Source of the DNA: Actinomycetes bacterium
GTDB lineage: Bacteria; Actinomycetota; Actinomycetes; Mycobacteriales; Mycobacteriaceae
Length of the DNA: 64,000 nucleotides
NCBI GenBank assembly: GCA_023418505.1
Contig: JAEZZR010000002.1
Coordinates: 48,585 to 112,584, forward strand
Direction of reading: 5' to 3'
Under the pieces are notes generated by a model, which was not told the DNA's origin, made no database searches, and saw only the letters and a list, made by a program, of their open reading frames with translations. The translations under genes and the position numbers were made by a program. Below are positions 1 to 10,891 of this stretch, one piece after another (position 1 is the first letter of the stretch; each line of letters starts with the position of its first letter).

Positions 1-1371
1 GAATACTCTGGTTTCATTGGTTCGGCGATTCGTGGGGCGATTTCGAAGGTGAAGTCGCCAGTCATGCTGACCTTCGTGGTGGCACTTGCTGGCGTTACCG
101 GTTCGATTGCTTCAGACGCCGTGTACGTGATCCTGATTCCGCTAGGTGCTGCGTCTTTCCGCGCGGTGGGCCGTAGCCCGATCGTAGGCGCGATGGTGGC
201 CTTTGCTGCTTCTTCGGCTGGCTTCAACTCCTCGCTGGTTTTGAATATCACCGACGTGCTGCTGGCTGGTATCTCCACGCAGGCTGCACAGTTCGTTGAT
301 CCGGAATACGTGGTCTCGCCTTTGGCGAACTACTTCTTCACGATGGCGTCGGCAATTGTGTTGGCGATTATCATCACCGCTGTCACGGAGCTGTTCGTGA
401 CTAAGCACGTGCGCAAGACCATCGACGAAAGCCAGGTACAAAACGAAGCTGCCGAGTTCGTCAAGCCCGATACCGGCGAGGACGCAGACCAGGCTGACGA
501 AGCTAGCGCCGACGAACCTGCCACCGACACCGACGCAGGCAAAGAGGATACCTTCGCAACAAAGACCGATTCGGCTAACGACGATTCCGCTGAAGGTACC
601 GAAGAGCTAGCTTTGGATTCCTCGGAGACTCGCGGCCTGAAGGTCGCTGGTTTAGTAGCACTAGCTTTCCTTGCGGGCTGGGCAGCACTGTTGTTCGTAC
701 CTGGTTCGCCACTGCGTGGTGAGGGCGATGGCATTTTGAACTCGCCACTGCTCACCGACATCGTGGTGTCCATCGCCCTATTCTTCGCCGTAGTTGGTAT
801 CGCCTACGGCCTGGCTGCGAAAACCATTCGCTCCTCTGCCGATGTGCCTGCCTTCATGGAAAAGGGCTTGGGCACTCTAACTGCCATGATGGTGCTGTTC
901 TTCGCAGTCGCACAGTTCACTGCATACTTCAGCTGGTCGAATCTGGGCACATGGACGGCGATCCGTGGCGCTGAGTTGCTGACCTCCGCAGATCTGCCAC
1001 CGCTGGTACTCTTCGCAGCATTCGTATTGATGGTTGCAGTGTTGAACTTACTGATTACTTCAGGTTCGGCGCAGTGGGCTTTGATGGCACCAGTGGTCAT
1101 TCCGATGCTGATGTACGTGGACATTGCCCCAGAAGTGGCACAGCAGTTGTTCCGTATTGGTGACTCGCCAACGAACATCATCACCCCAATGTCGCCCTAC
1201 TTCGCTTTGGCATTGACGTTCCTGCAGAAGTACTACAAGCCAGCCGGCGTGGGTACGTTGATGTCGCTGGCTATTCCGTACTCGATTGCGATGGTGCTGG
1301 GCTGGTTCGCATTCTTCGTGGTCTGGTACTTGCTAGGCATTCCATTGGGCCCGGGTGTACCAATCCGGTAG
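1..1371 (+). CDS. AbgT family transporter (p-aminobenzoyl-glutamate type); 5' end lies outside the window
   Basis: Frame 1 is open from base 1, so ORF-track 49..1371 is only the in-window part. Polytopic membrane protein with AbgT-like stretches (GSIASDAVYVILIPLGA, GDSPTNIITPMSPYF). It carries a ~65-aa D/E/A/T-rich loop insert. Confidence 0.8.
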   Translation, partial: EYSGFIGSAIRGAISKVKSPVMLTFVVALAGVTGSIASDAVYVILIPLGAASFRAVGRSPIVGAMVAFAASSAGFNSSLVLNITDVLLAGISTQAAQFVDPEYVVSPLANYFFTMASAIVLAIIITAVTELFVTKHVRKTIDESQVQNEAAEFVKPDTGEDADQADEASADEPATDTDAGKEDTFATKTDSANDDSAEGTEELALDSSETRGLKVAGLVALAFLAGWAALLFVPGSPLRGEGDGILNSPLLTDIVVSIALFFAVVGIAYGLAAKTIRSSADVPAFMEKGLGTLTAMMVLFFAVAQFTAYFSWSNLGTWTAIRGAELLTSADLPPLVLFAAFVLMVAVLNLLITSGSAQWALMAPVVIPMLMYVDIAPEVAQQLFRIGDSPTNIITPMSPYFALALTFLQKYYKPAGVGTLMSLAIPYSIAMVLGWFAFFVVWYLLGIPLGPGVPIR

Positions 1372-1424
1372 GTTTAGATTCTTTTACTAAACATTTTTGC
1401 CTAGCTGCACTAGGCTAAGGGGCA

Positions 1425-2843
1425 ATGAACACTTCAGATTCTTCTGCCCCTTCTGCCCCTTCTTGGTCCACTTCTTCTGGTGGTCTGATCATCGGGTTTG
1501 CTGATCAGGTAGATCACGATGATCCGCGCACCGTTTTCCGCGCCACCGGCATTCCTTATGCCAACGCCCCGCGTGGCCGGCTGCCTCAAATCCTCCATCC
1601 GGGTGTGGCTCCGATTCAGGCCACCACCCCAGGTCCTACTTGTCCGCAGGGGCCGATCTCTCCGATTTCGCGATTGCTCTCGCCGAAGGCTCAGCCTCAG
1701 GAGCACAGCGAAGATTGCTTGCGCTTAAGCATCACTACTCCCCCGGATCTGGCTGACGAAGAAAAACTGCCCGTCATCGTCTGGATCCACGGTGGCGGCA
1801 ATAACTCCGGCGGTGGCGATCTGCCCCGCTTCGCGCCCCATCGCATGGTCGCTGATCATCGCGTGATCGTGGTGGGGGTGACCTTCCGCTTAGGCTTCTT
1901 CGGATTCTTAGGGACGCACGATTCCGAGCTTGCCGACGACGTTTCAGTTACTCCCGGCAACAGCCACAGCAACTTGGCGATTTACGATGTGCGCACTGCT
2001 TTGCAGTGGGTTGCCGAGCACATCGCAGACTTTGGTGGCGATCCAGAAAAGATCACTGCCTTAGGTCAGTCCGCTGGTGCCGATCTAATCCTTGCGGTTT
2101 TAGCAGCTGCTGGACATGAAGACAGCGACATTCCTTTCCAGCGTGCGATCTTGCACAGCCCACCGTTGTCTTTTATTGAAGGACTCTTCCCAGAGCGTAA
2201 GGCTCAGCGCGCCGAAATCTTTGAGCACATGCGCCAATGCCAAAAAGACAATACCGATCTGGTGGCAGCAGAAATCGAAGCTTCCAAAGCTACGCTAGAG
2301 AAATACCCCGACGCCGGAATGCCGCTCGGGCCGGAATACGGGCGGGCACCACTTCCCGCAGATGAGAATGTCATCGATGCGCTAACGGCGTCGTTAAGCA
2401 AAATCGACGTCGTATTCGGGCATACCCCGCGCGAGGCAGGCTTGTTTATTTGGCCGCATCCGAAGGCGCAGAAGGCGCGGAAGATTCCGTTGGTGGGTAA
2501 GTCGCTGGTGGAAAAAGCGATCCACAAAGCCACAGAGAAAACCTACTTGAGCGCCAAGTTCGCCGAGATTTCCAGCTCCGCCCGGCGCGCCTATCAATTC
2601 GAGTTCGATTGGGGTGCGGCCGACAACCCATACCGGGGCGTGCATACCAGTGAGTTGCCGTTGTTGTTCGGCAAGCAGGAAAGCTGGGAAGATTCGGTGC
2701 TGCTGGAAGATACGCGGTGGGAGCTGGTCATCGAAGACGGGCGTGCGCTGTCGCAGTTGTGGGCGCAGTTTGCTCGCGACGGTGAACTTGCCAGTGGTGC
2801 CACGAAGTTCCATTACGGGCAGTTGGATCTCAAGCAGCGCTAG
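1425..2843 (+). CDS. Carboxylesterase/lipase family protein (type B, para-nitrobenzyl esterase-like)
   Basis: 472-aa ORF. Oxyanion-hole motif VIVWIHGGGNNSGGG and nucleophile elbow GQSAGA. N-terminus contains a 9-bp tandem repeat encoding SAPSAPS. Confidence 0.85.
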   Translation: MNTSDSSAPSAPSWSTSSGGLIIGFADQVDHDDPRTVFRATGIPYANAPRGRLPQILHPGVAPIQATTPGPTCPQGPISPISRLLSPKAQPQEHSEDCLRLSITTPPDLADEEKLPVIVWIHGGGNNSGGGDLPRFAPHRMVADHRVIVVGVTFRLGFFGFLGTHDSELADDVSVTPGNSHSNLAIYDVRTALQWVAEHIADFGGDPEKITALGQSAGADLILAVLAAAGHEDSDIPFQRAILHSPPLSFIEGLFPERKAQRAEIFEHMRQCQKDNTDLVAAEIEASKATLEKYPDAGMPLGPEYGRAPLPADENVIDALTASLSKIDVVFGHTPREAGLFIWPHPKAQKARKIPLVGKSLVEKAIHKATEKTYLSAKFAEISSSARRAYQFEFDWGAADNPYRGVHTSELPLLFGKQESWEDSVLLEDTRWELVIEDGRALSQLWAQFARDGELASGATKFHYGQLDLKQR

Positions 2844-2887
2844 CTATTCTGTACCGCTAGCTATTCTGTGCGGCTAGCTATTCCGTT
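2838..2887. repeat. Three tandem ~17-bp copies (CGCTAGCTATTCTGT...) spanning the esterase stop codon
   Basis: TAGCTATT(C/C)(T/C)GT starts at 2841, 2858 and 2875. The first TAG is the stop of CDS 1425..2843. Confidence 0.9.
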
Positions 2888-2915
2888 GGGGAGGGTTCTG
2901 TGTTAAACTCACCCT

Positions 2916-3863
2916 ATGCTTTCCCACCACCACGACCACGGGGATCATGGCGGACACGATCACGGCCACGGGCATAGTCATGCGCCGGCTACGGTTTCAC
3001 CGAAACGCCTGATCGCGGTAACAGCGCTGACGCTGACGATCTTCTTCGCAGAGCTCATCGGTGGTTTGGTCTCTGGGTCGTTGGCGCTGCTCGCAGACGC
3101 TGGTCACATGCTTACCGACGCAGCTGGCCTACTCATGGCATTGGCTGCGATCTTCATTGGCCGCAAGCAGGCGTCGAACGCGGCGACCTATGGTTACCGT
3201 CGCGCTGAGGTTTTCGCCGCTCTGCTAAATGCGATCAGTGTGCTGGCTATTGGTGTGTTCATTGTCTTCGAAGCGTTCCGGCGTTTTGGCTCGCATACGG
3301 ACATCAACACCACCCAGATGCTGATCATCGCCATCATCGGTTTGATTGCCAACTTGATTGGTATGTGGGTGCTGGCCGATTCTGCGAAGTCTTCGGTAAA
3401 TATCCGTGGCGCTTACCTGCATATTCTCACCGACGCTGCCGGTTCGGTAGCTGTGATTGTTTCCGCACTGGTGATTAGTAGTACCGGTTGGGTTGCCATC
3501 GACGCCGTGGTCTCCCTCCTGATCGCCGGCCTGATTGTCCCTCGTTCGATCAAGCTAGCTGCCACCTGTGTTTCGATTCTGATGGAACGCACCCCACAAG
3601 GGGTGAACGTGCAGGCCATCGAAGCTGATTTATTAGCTATCGACGACATTGACGCCGTCCATGACCTGCATGTTTGGTCTGTCTCCGGTACGGAAACTCT
3701 ATTGACTGCTCACATTGTGCTGGCGGAAGATACTCCGTACCCAGACTGCGATGTGCTAGATCAAGCTCAGACTGTGTTGCGAGACAAGCACAATATTGGC
3801 CATTCGACCTTGCAGATCGAACCACAAGGCCACAGCCAGCACGAGCCCGAAACCTGCCATTAG
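2916..3863 (+). CDS. Cation diffusion facilitator (CDF) family metal efflux transporter, CzcD/ZitB-like
   Basis: 315 aa. His-rich N-terminus (HHHDHGDHGGHDHGHGHSH), six TM segments, and HMLTDAAG and HILTDAAGS metal-site motifs. Confidence 0.9.
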   Translation: MLSHHHDHGDHGGHDHGHGHSHAPATVSPKRLIAVTALTLTIFFAELIGGLVSGSLALLADAGHMLTDAAGLLMALAAIFIGRKQASNAATYGYRRAEVFAALLNAISVLAIGVFIVFEAFRRFGSHTDINTTQMLIIAIIGLIANLIGMWVLADSAKSSVNIRGAYLHILTDAAGSVAVIVSALVISSTGWVAIDAVVSLLIAGLIVPRSIKLAATCVSILMERTPQGVNVQAIEADLLAIDDIDAVHDLHVWSVSGTETLLTAHIVLAEDTPYPDCDVLDQAQTVLRDKHNIGHSTLQIEPQGHSQHEPETCH

Positions 3864-3883
3864 GCTGTTGCCTTCTTAAGCTT

Positions 3884-5677
3884 CTAGCCTTCGAGCTGCT
3901 CGCCTAGCTCGAGCCATTCCATTTCTAGCTCTTCCCGTTGCTGGCGCACCTCATTCAGTTCGCGATCCAACCGAGCTAGTTTTTCGGTATCGATTCCCGC
4001 TGGATCGGCACTGGCCTCGGCTAGCTGCTGCTCAAGCTTGGCTTCATTATCAGAAAGCTTGGTCATCTTTCGCTCAAGGGCATTCATCTGTTTGCGCAAA
4101 GCATGCGCCTGCTGGTTCGAAGTCGCCACTACGGCTGACGCTTTTGTCGCTTGCCCGCTGCCTTCAGCACGTGCAGCCAATTCCGCCCGGCGCTGCAGGT
4201 ACTGCTCGATTCCACCTGGCAGATTGGTAATCTTTCCATCGCCGAATAGCGCCCAAGTACTGTCACAGATTCGCTCGATCAGGTAGCGGTCGTGGCTAAT
4301 CACCACCAACGTTCCCGCCCAAGAATCCAGCAGATCTTCTAGCTCCTGCAGCGTGTCGATATCTAAATCGTTTGTTGGCTCGTCGAGAAGCAAGAAATTC
4401 GGCTCACTCATCAACACGCGGGTCAGTTGCAAGCGACGTCGCTCGCCGCCGGAAAGATCCCCCACCGGAGTGCGCTGACGCTTCGGGCTAAATCCCAGAC
4501 GCTCCGCCAACTGCGAGGCACTAATCTGCTTATCGCCCACGGTGATGTAGCTGGCGATATCCTCGATCGCATTGATCACTCGGGTATCGGTGGGCAGATC
4601 ATCGAGCTCCTGGCGCAGCCAACCCTGCTGCACGGTTTTGCCCTCAATGCGGCGGCCACTTTGCAGCGGATAGGTTCCCGCCAGGGCAGACAGCAATGTG
4701 GTCTTGCCAGAGCCATTCACACCGACCAAACCGATACGCTCGCCAGGCCCAAGGCGCCACGTTTGCTGATCAACCAGGATGTTGCCGGCTGGATCGGCGA
4801 TGGTGGCGTCTTCGAGCTCTACGACCACTTTGCCCTGGCGTCGTTTAGCAAAAGCCAACAACTCCACGCTATCGCGCGGGCTTGGCACGTTGGCGATGAG
4901 TGCCTCGGCGGCCTCGATGCGATACCGCGGCTTCGACGTCCGCGCCGGCGCACCGCGACGCAACCACGCCAACTCCTTGCGCGCGAGATTCTGCCGGCGT
5001 TGCTCTGCCGCATCCGCCTGGCGCGCCCGCTCCGCCCGTGCGAACGTCCAATCGTTGTAGCCGCCGTCGTACATATCCACGGCGCCGTCATGCACTTCCC
5101 ACGTACGCGTTGCCACCGTATCTAAAAACCAACGATCGTGGGTGACCACCACCAGAGCTGCTTTACGACGGATCAAATGCTCGGCCAACCACTGCACACC
5201 TTCAATGTCGAGGTGGTTGGTGGGCTCGTCCAGAATCAATAGGTCGAGGTCTTTGACCAGTGCAGCGGCCAGATTCACGCGGCGGCGTTCCCCACCAGAG
5301 AGTCCACCCAGCTGGCTATCCATACCTAGCTCGGTGACACCAAGGCCACCCAACACTTCGCGAATGCGGCTATTGCCTGCCCACTCGTGTTCGGCAACAC
5401 CCAGCGGGGCGACGACGACGTCGTAGATGGTGGCGGTGTCGTCGAAATCTGCGGCTTGCGCGACGTAGGCCATTGCGAGATCCCCAGTACGCGCGACGCG
5501 TCCTTCGTCGGGTGGCTCTAAACCCGCCAAAATCTTCAACAGCGTTGATTTACCACCGCCATTAAGACCTACCACCCCGATCCGATCGCCAGTTTGGATT
5601 CCTAGACTGACCTGGTCTAACAGGACTTTCAACCCAAACGACTTCGAGATATTTTCGCAATTGATTAAATTCGCCAT
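3884..5677 (-). CDS. ABC-F family ATPase (Uup-like, two ABC domains, no TM domain)
   Basis: 597 aa. Two Walker A motifs (GLNGGGKST, GVNGSGKTT), two LSGGERRR signatures and a C-terminal coiled-coil tail. Confidence 0.9.
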   Translation of the reverse strand: MANLINCENISKSFGLKVLLDQVSLGIQTGDRIGVVGLNGGGKSTLLKILAGLEPPDEGRVARTGDLAMAYVAQAADFDDTATIYDVVVAPLGVAEHEWAGNSRIREVLGGLGVTELGMDSQLGGLSGGERRRVNLAAALVKDLDLLILDEPTNHLDIEGVQWLAEHLIRRKAALVVVTHDRWFLDTVATRTWEVHDGAVDMYDGGYNDWTFARAERARQADAAEQRRQNLARKELAWLRRGAPARTSKPRYRIEAAEALIANVPSPRDSVELLAFAKRRQGKVVVELEDATIADPAGNILVDQQTWRLGPGERIGLVGVNGSGKTTLLSALAGTYPLQSGRRIEGKTVQQGWLRQELDDLPTDTRVINAIEDIASYITVGDKQISASQLAERLGFSPKRQRTPVGDLSGGERRRLQLTRVLMSEPNFLLLDEPTNDLDIDTLQELEDLLDSWAGTLVVISHDRYLIERICDSTWALFGDGKITNLPGGIEQYLQRRAELAARAEGSGQATKASAVVATSNQQAHALRKQMNALERKMTKLSDNEAKLEQQLAEASADPAGIDTEKLARLDRELNEVRQQREELEMEWLELGEQLEG

Positions 5678-5684
5678 GACGTGA

Positions 5685-6770
5685 TTAGTCTGCCACAGTT
5701 ACGTGAGCTCCGGTACGCACACTGTGCACCATCCGCACCTGGCTGACATTGCCAAATGTGGCGGCATCAGTGATGAAATCCACGGCATCTTCCTTGTTGC
5801 CATCGGAGAACAAATACAGCAATCCCGGCCCCGTCCAATTCACTACTCCGTAGGCAGGCGCGCGCAGACTGCGGTACGGATTGCTTTGCGACGGGCGCTG
5901 CGCCAAGGTGGATCCAGTTTGCGGCGCTACTTCGATCTGGTTTTGCTGGGCGTCTCGGCGTCGGGAGTAAAACTGAACCGTTTCGCTGAGCAATGACTGC
6001 TGCACATCGCGCATTATCGGCCGGGCCTTAATTACTTCCGGTTGCATGGCGTTGACGAAGTTGCTGCCGACGGCATCCGCATCCCCACCGGCTAATCCTT
6101 GTTGCAACTGGCGCAGACGCGGTGGCTGCTGTGGTTGCTTGGCTTCGAGGGCTTCAAGCAGCAACTCTGGTAGGAAATCTGCTTCTGTTTTCTCTGGCTC
6201 ATCCGTTTCGGTATCAACAAACCGCAGCCAGGAGGACGCCACCGACACCAACACCCATTGCAACTGTTCACGTGAAAGCATTTGGGCGAAGTCCGCTACG
6301 AAAGCAGCGCCGGATTCTTCGCTGCTGTCATCGCTGCTGTCTTCCTTGAGCTGGAACCGCACGATAGTGGCACCACCGCACATGCTTGCTGGCGCTAACG
6401 GATCGAACGTAGCTAGATCGCTTTCGCCGTCGTCAAGCGCAAACGCCAATGCTGCCAAGGTAGCTGCCGTCCGCCCAAACCCAACTGGTACTTGCTTATC
6501 GTGAATCACGATCTTCACAGGGATTTGCGCTAAACCCCCGAAAATGTCTCGCAGATAAGCCCCTACTGGCGCTGCCGCGTACGCCAAATCCGACCACTCG
6601 GTGCGTCCGGGCAGGAGCTGGACCGTAACAAAAGCAGAAATAGTCTGAGCCACCGCAACTTGACCATCAAAATAGGGCACTACCACGCCGGGAGCGGAAA
6701 AAGAGCCAAAAGAAATCCCGGGATTTTCAGCCGGATTTGCACTTTTGAAGCTAGACATGTTCTCTCCCAA
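5685..6770 (-). CDS. Divergent GHMP-kinase/IspE-like protein at the canonical ispE position (downstream of rsmA)
   Basis: 361 aa. Alignable by eye to mycobacterial IspE along its whole length (PVKIVIHDKQVPVGFGRTAATLAALAFAL; QWVLVSVAS; NWTGPGLLYLF...VRMVHSVRTGAHV). The N-terminal Lys motif and the Gly/Ser-rich phosphate loop appear lost. See finding. Confidence 0.55.
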   Translation of the reverse strand: MGENMSSFKSANPAENPGISFGSFSAPGVVVPYFDGQVAVAQTISAFVTVQLLPGRTEWSDLAYAAAPVGAYLRDIFGGLAQIPVKIVIHDKQVPVGFGRTAATLAALAFALDDGESDLATFDPLAPASMCGGATIVRFQLKEDSSDDSSEESGAAFVADFAQMLSREQLQWVLVSVASSWLRFVDTETDEPEKTEADFLPELLLEALEAKQPQQPPRLRQLQQGLAGGDADAVGSNFVNAMQPEVIKARPIMRDVQQSLLSETVQFYSRRRDAQQNQIEVAPQTGSTLAQRPSQSNPYRSLRAPAYGVVNWTGPGLLYLFSDGNKEDAVDFITDAATFGNVSQVRMVHSVRTGAHVTVAD

Positions 6771-6822
6771 TTAGTAGGCTCGGCCACGGTAACTAACCAA
6801 TATTGATAGAAGGATTTAAATC

Positions 6823-7050
6823 ATGGGACTTTTTGACAAGGCAAAGCAGAAGGCACAGGAATTTGCCAATAGCGACCAGGGTAAGGAAAAAGTTGACGGT
6901 CTGCTAGACCAGGCTGAACAGACTGCTACCGACAAGCTGGGCGAAGACAAGTCCGATCAGGTTAAGAAGGTTCGCGACGGCATTGAAGGCCAGCTAGGCA
7001 ACAACGACCAGGGTGGCGAAGAGCCAGAGCAGAACCCAGAGCAGAACTAA
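6823..7050 (+). CDS. Small hydrophilic protein, MT0933-like 'antitoxin' family (Rv0909-type)
   Basis: 75 aa. N-terminus [14 protein letters not shown]..., then a charged helical body typical of this actinobacterial small-protein family. SD-like GAAGGA upstream. 3' end overlaps the rsmA stop by 4 nt. Ends in a perfect 12-bp tandem repeat encoding PEQNPEQN. Confidence 0.6.
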   Translation: MGLFDKAKQKAQEFANSDQGKEKVDGLLDQAEQTATDKLGEDKSDQVKKVRDGIEGQLGNNDQGGEEPEQNPEQN

Positions 7051-7903
7051 TCTGACAAGCGGACAAAGTCCGCCACAGTTAAAGCTTCTCCCCGCAATTT
7101 GGGATCAATTCCCGCGGCGAGGAGCTTTTCTTCTGCCGCAGCACCCGAACCAAAGTGGCCAGATAGTGCGGCTCGTAGGGTCTTGCGACGCTGGGCAAAA
7201 GCAGCATCAATAATCGGCCACACTTTGCTGCGAAGTTCTTCGTCTACTGGCCAAGGGGCTTCGTCACGCTCGAAGACATCAATGCGCACCAGCCCAGAAT
7301 CTACCTTCGGCGCAGGCCAGAACACCTGCCGGCCAATCGCACCCGCTTTAGATACCTGGCCGTAGAAGCCCGCTTTCACACTAGGCACACCGTAAATCTT
7401 GGATCCTGGCTGAGCACTTAGGCGATCAGCAACCTCTTTTTGCACCATCACCAGTACCCGCCGGATCGAAGGAAACGTCTGCAGCATGTGCAACAGCACC
7501 GGCACAGAGACGTTATACGGCAAGTTCGCTACCAAGGCCGTTGGCTCCTGGGCAAAATCACCCGCCTGCACCGTCAATGCATCCTTATGCACGATCTCTA
7601 ACTCAGCACCAGGGGCATACGTCTGGATCGTTTCGGGCAGCTGCGACGCCAGCCGATCATCGATTTCTACGGCTGCCATGCGGCCACAGCGCTCTAGAAT
7701 TGCCAAGGTCAAAGAGCCGAGGCCGGGGCCTACTTCGACTGGGTAGTCGTCGTCAGCTAAATCCGCGGCCGTCACAATCCGGCGCACGGTATTGGGGTCG
7801 TGCACGAAATTCTGGCCGAGCTTCTTCGTAGGGCTGACATCTAGCTGCTCGGCTAGTTGTCGAATCTCTACCGGGCCTAGGAATTTCACTTCCAACTGCG
7901 GCA

Positions 7904-7904
<1 letters not shown>
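7047..7904 (-). CDS. rsmA: 16S rRNA (adenine1518/1519-N6)-dimethyltransferase
   Basis: 285 aa. [10 protein letters not shown] start region and SAM motif [14 protein letters not shown] start overlaps the rpfB stop by 1 nt. Confidence 0.95.
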
Positions 7905-9064
<1,160 letters not shown>

Positions 9065-9107
9065 TCAGGTAACAATACGATAAAGATCTACCGTTGTCTA
9101 CTGCACT

Positions 9108-9941
9108 TTAGGGCAGCTGAACACCATAAATTCGACAAGCATTATCAACAAGCTGCTGTGCCATTTCTGCTGGTTCCATGCCACGGGCTTCCGCCATGGT
9201 GCGCACTTGCCAGCCAATGTAAGTCGGTTCGTTGCGGGTGCCACGGTAGGGCTCGGGCGTCATATAAGGCGCATCGGTTTCTACCAGCAGATTCTCTAGT
9301 GGCGCATCGGCTACTGCCTGCCGCAAATCATCGTTGCGCTTAAACGTCACATTGCCGGTGAAGCTCAAGATATAACCACGGTCAATCGCTTCATGGGCAA
9401 CCTCGAGCGGAGAGGAAAAGCAGTGCAAGATCACTGTGCCTTCGAAATTTTGTAATTGATCTAACAGATCCGCATCGGCCTCACGGTTGTGAATCATCAG
9501 CGGCTTATTCACTGCGCGGGCTAATTCAGCATGCCACTGCATCGCTTCGATCTGCTGCTCGCGGGAGGCCACACCTTCCTTTTTGCCGATCCAGTACCAA
9601 TCCAATCCGGTCTCGCCGATGGCAACCACACGTGGATCTCGAGCCATTTCGCTCAAGCGGGTTTTTGCTTCGTCGTCAAGCTCTCCTGCCCTGGTGGGAT
9701 GGATCGCAGTGGCCGCCCACACACGTGGATCGGCGTGCGCTGCGGCGTAGGCGAGCTCAGTTTCTTCCAAGCCATCGCCAATCGTGCATACACCTACGAC
9801 GCCAGCATCGGCCGCGCGATCGAGCAGCGCCTGCACCTGGTCAGCACTACGCGCACCACACGATGCCAGGTGCGTGTGTGCATCAAATAACGGACCGAAC
9901 TTGGGGGCTGGTTGAGGTTCCGGGCGTTTCTTCTTAGCCAT
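9108..9941 (-). CDS. tatD: TatD family metal-dependent hydrolase/DNase
   Basis: 277 aa. FDAHTHL start motif, then IGETGLDWYW and the VETDAPYMTP motif. Confidence 0.9.
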   Translation of the reverse strand: MAKKKRPEPQPAPKFGPLFDAHTHLASCGARSADQVQALLDRAADAGVVGVCTIGDGLEETELAYAAAHADPRVWAATAIHPTRAGELDDEAKTRLSEMARDPRVVAIGETGLDWYWIGKKEGVASREQQIEAMQWHAELARAVNKPLMIHNREADADLLDQLQNFEGTVILHCFSSPLEVAHEAIDRGYILSFTGNVTFKRNDDLRQAVADAPLENLLVETDAPYMTPEPYRGTRNEPTYIGWQVRTMAEARGMEPAEMAQQLVDNACRIYGVQLP

Positions 9942-10116
9942 AATTCCACGGTAGTACGTCTGACACTGTTAATATTATTTAATACTCAACTTACTGGTGT
10001 AATAATAACTGCCTACCGCACCCAGGAAAGTGCAGTTAGGTTCCGGCTACTCCATCAGCCCAAGCAGGAGCCATACACCGGGACGTTTCTTCTGCTGACA
10101 ACCTCAAGGAGATTGC

Positions 10117-10839
10117 ATGCTCGACAACAACACCCCACCGAAAAGAGTATCCCGGTGGGAAAAACCCCGTTCCGGCAATTACGGACATAGCAATCCCCAC
10201 GGCAAGAAGACCGGCCCTAAGCCCACGTTTTCCACCGAAGAGGCGGTACAGGCTGCACTAGACGTAGGCATCGATCGCTTTACGCTTGCACAGGTGTCGA
10301 AGCGACTGGGCGTATCTTCGCCATCGCTGTATCGCATCGCGCGCTCGCGTGCCGAGCTGGTAGATAAGTGCATCGCGTACATCGCCGATAGCACGCCCAC
10401 CACCGCATTGGGCAGCAGCTGGCAGGAAGTTTTGCTGCATTTCGCCGAAGAAGCGTGGAAGGTCTACGAAAAGTACCCGGGCATGGATCGCATTGTGATC
10501 AGCCATCCATGCGCCTGCGTGTACTTCCAACCGCATTTGAGCGCCTACGCCGAAGCTATGCAAGCCGGTAATTTCCCGGGTGATGCCGAGCAGCGCGCGT
10601 TTTTGCTGGGCTTTGTTAATGACATCACCGCTGTGACCCACCTAGGCAAGACCGCCTCGGAGCTTAACGACGGCTGCATGATCAGCACCGAAGACGAATT
10701 CAAGAAGTTCGCCATGAAGCACGCCGAACGACGCCGCTTTACACCAGTGCTGGTAGAAAGCCTCTACGAGTCCAACGTTGATGCTTTACGACGTAAAGTG
10801 AACTTCGCTATCGCAGCAATGGAAGCACAGCTGAGCTAG
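10117..10839 (+). CDS. TetR-family-like transcriptional regulator
   Basis: 240 aa. N-terminal HTH resembling TetR_N (FTLAQVSKRLGVSSPSLYRIARSRAELV). The C-terminal domain is not recognisable. Confidence 0.65.
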   Translation: MLDNNTPPKRVSRWEKPRSGNYGHSNPHGKKTGPKPTFSTEEAVQAALDVGIDRFTLAQVSKRLGVSSPSLYRIARSRAELVDKCIAYIADSTPTTALGSSWQEVLLHFAEEAWKVYEKYPGMDRIVISHPCACVYFQPHLSAYAEAMQAGNFPGDAEQRAFLLGFVNDITAVTHLGKTASELNDGCMISTEDEFKKFAMKHAERRRFTPVLVESLYESNVDALRRKVNFAIAAMEAQLS

Positions 10840-10883
10840 CCGAACTGGGCTAGCTGAGCCGGGCTAACTGAGCCCGGCTAGCC
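10829..10883. repeat. Degenerate tandem copies of GCTGAGC/GGCTAGC after the TetR-like stop codon
   Basis: CAGCTGAGCTAGCC, GGGCTAGCTGAGCC, GGGCTAACTGAGCC and CGGCTAGCC. The array also forms the hairpin AGCCGGGCT-AACTG-AGCCCGGCT. Confidence 0.8.
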
Positions 10884-10891
10884 CTACTGGC

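Noticed and set aside
4427-5125. 232-aa plus-strand ORF inside the ABC-F gene, plus similar antisense ORFs elsewhere (for example 11297..12235, 45785..46483, 55547..56212)
   Set aside because: All lie opposite strongly conserved genes and look like GC-rich frame artefacts.
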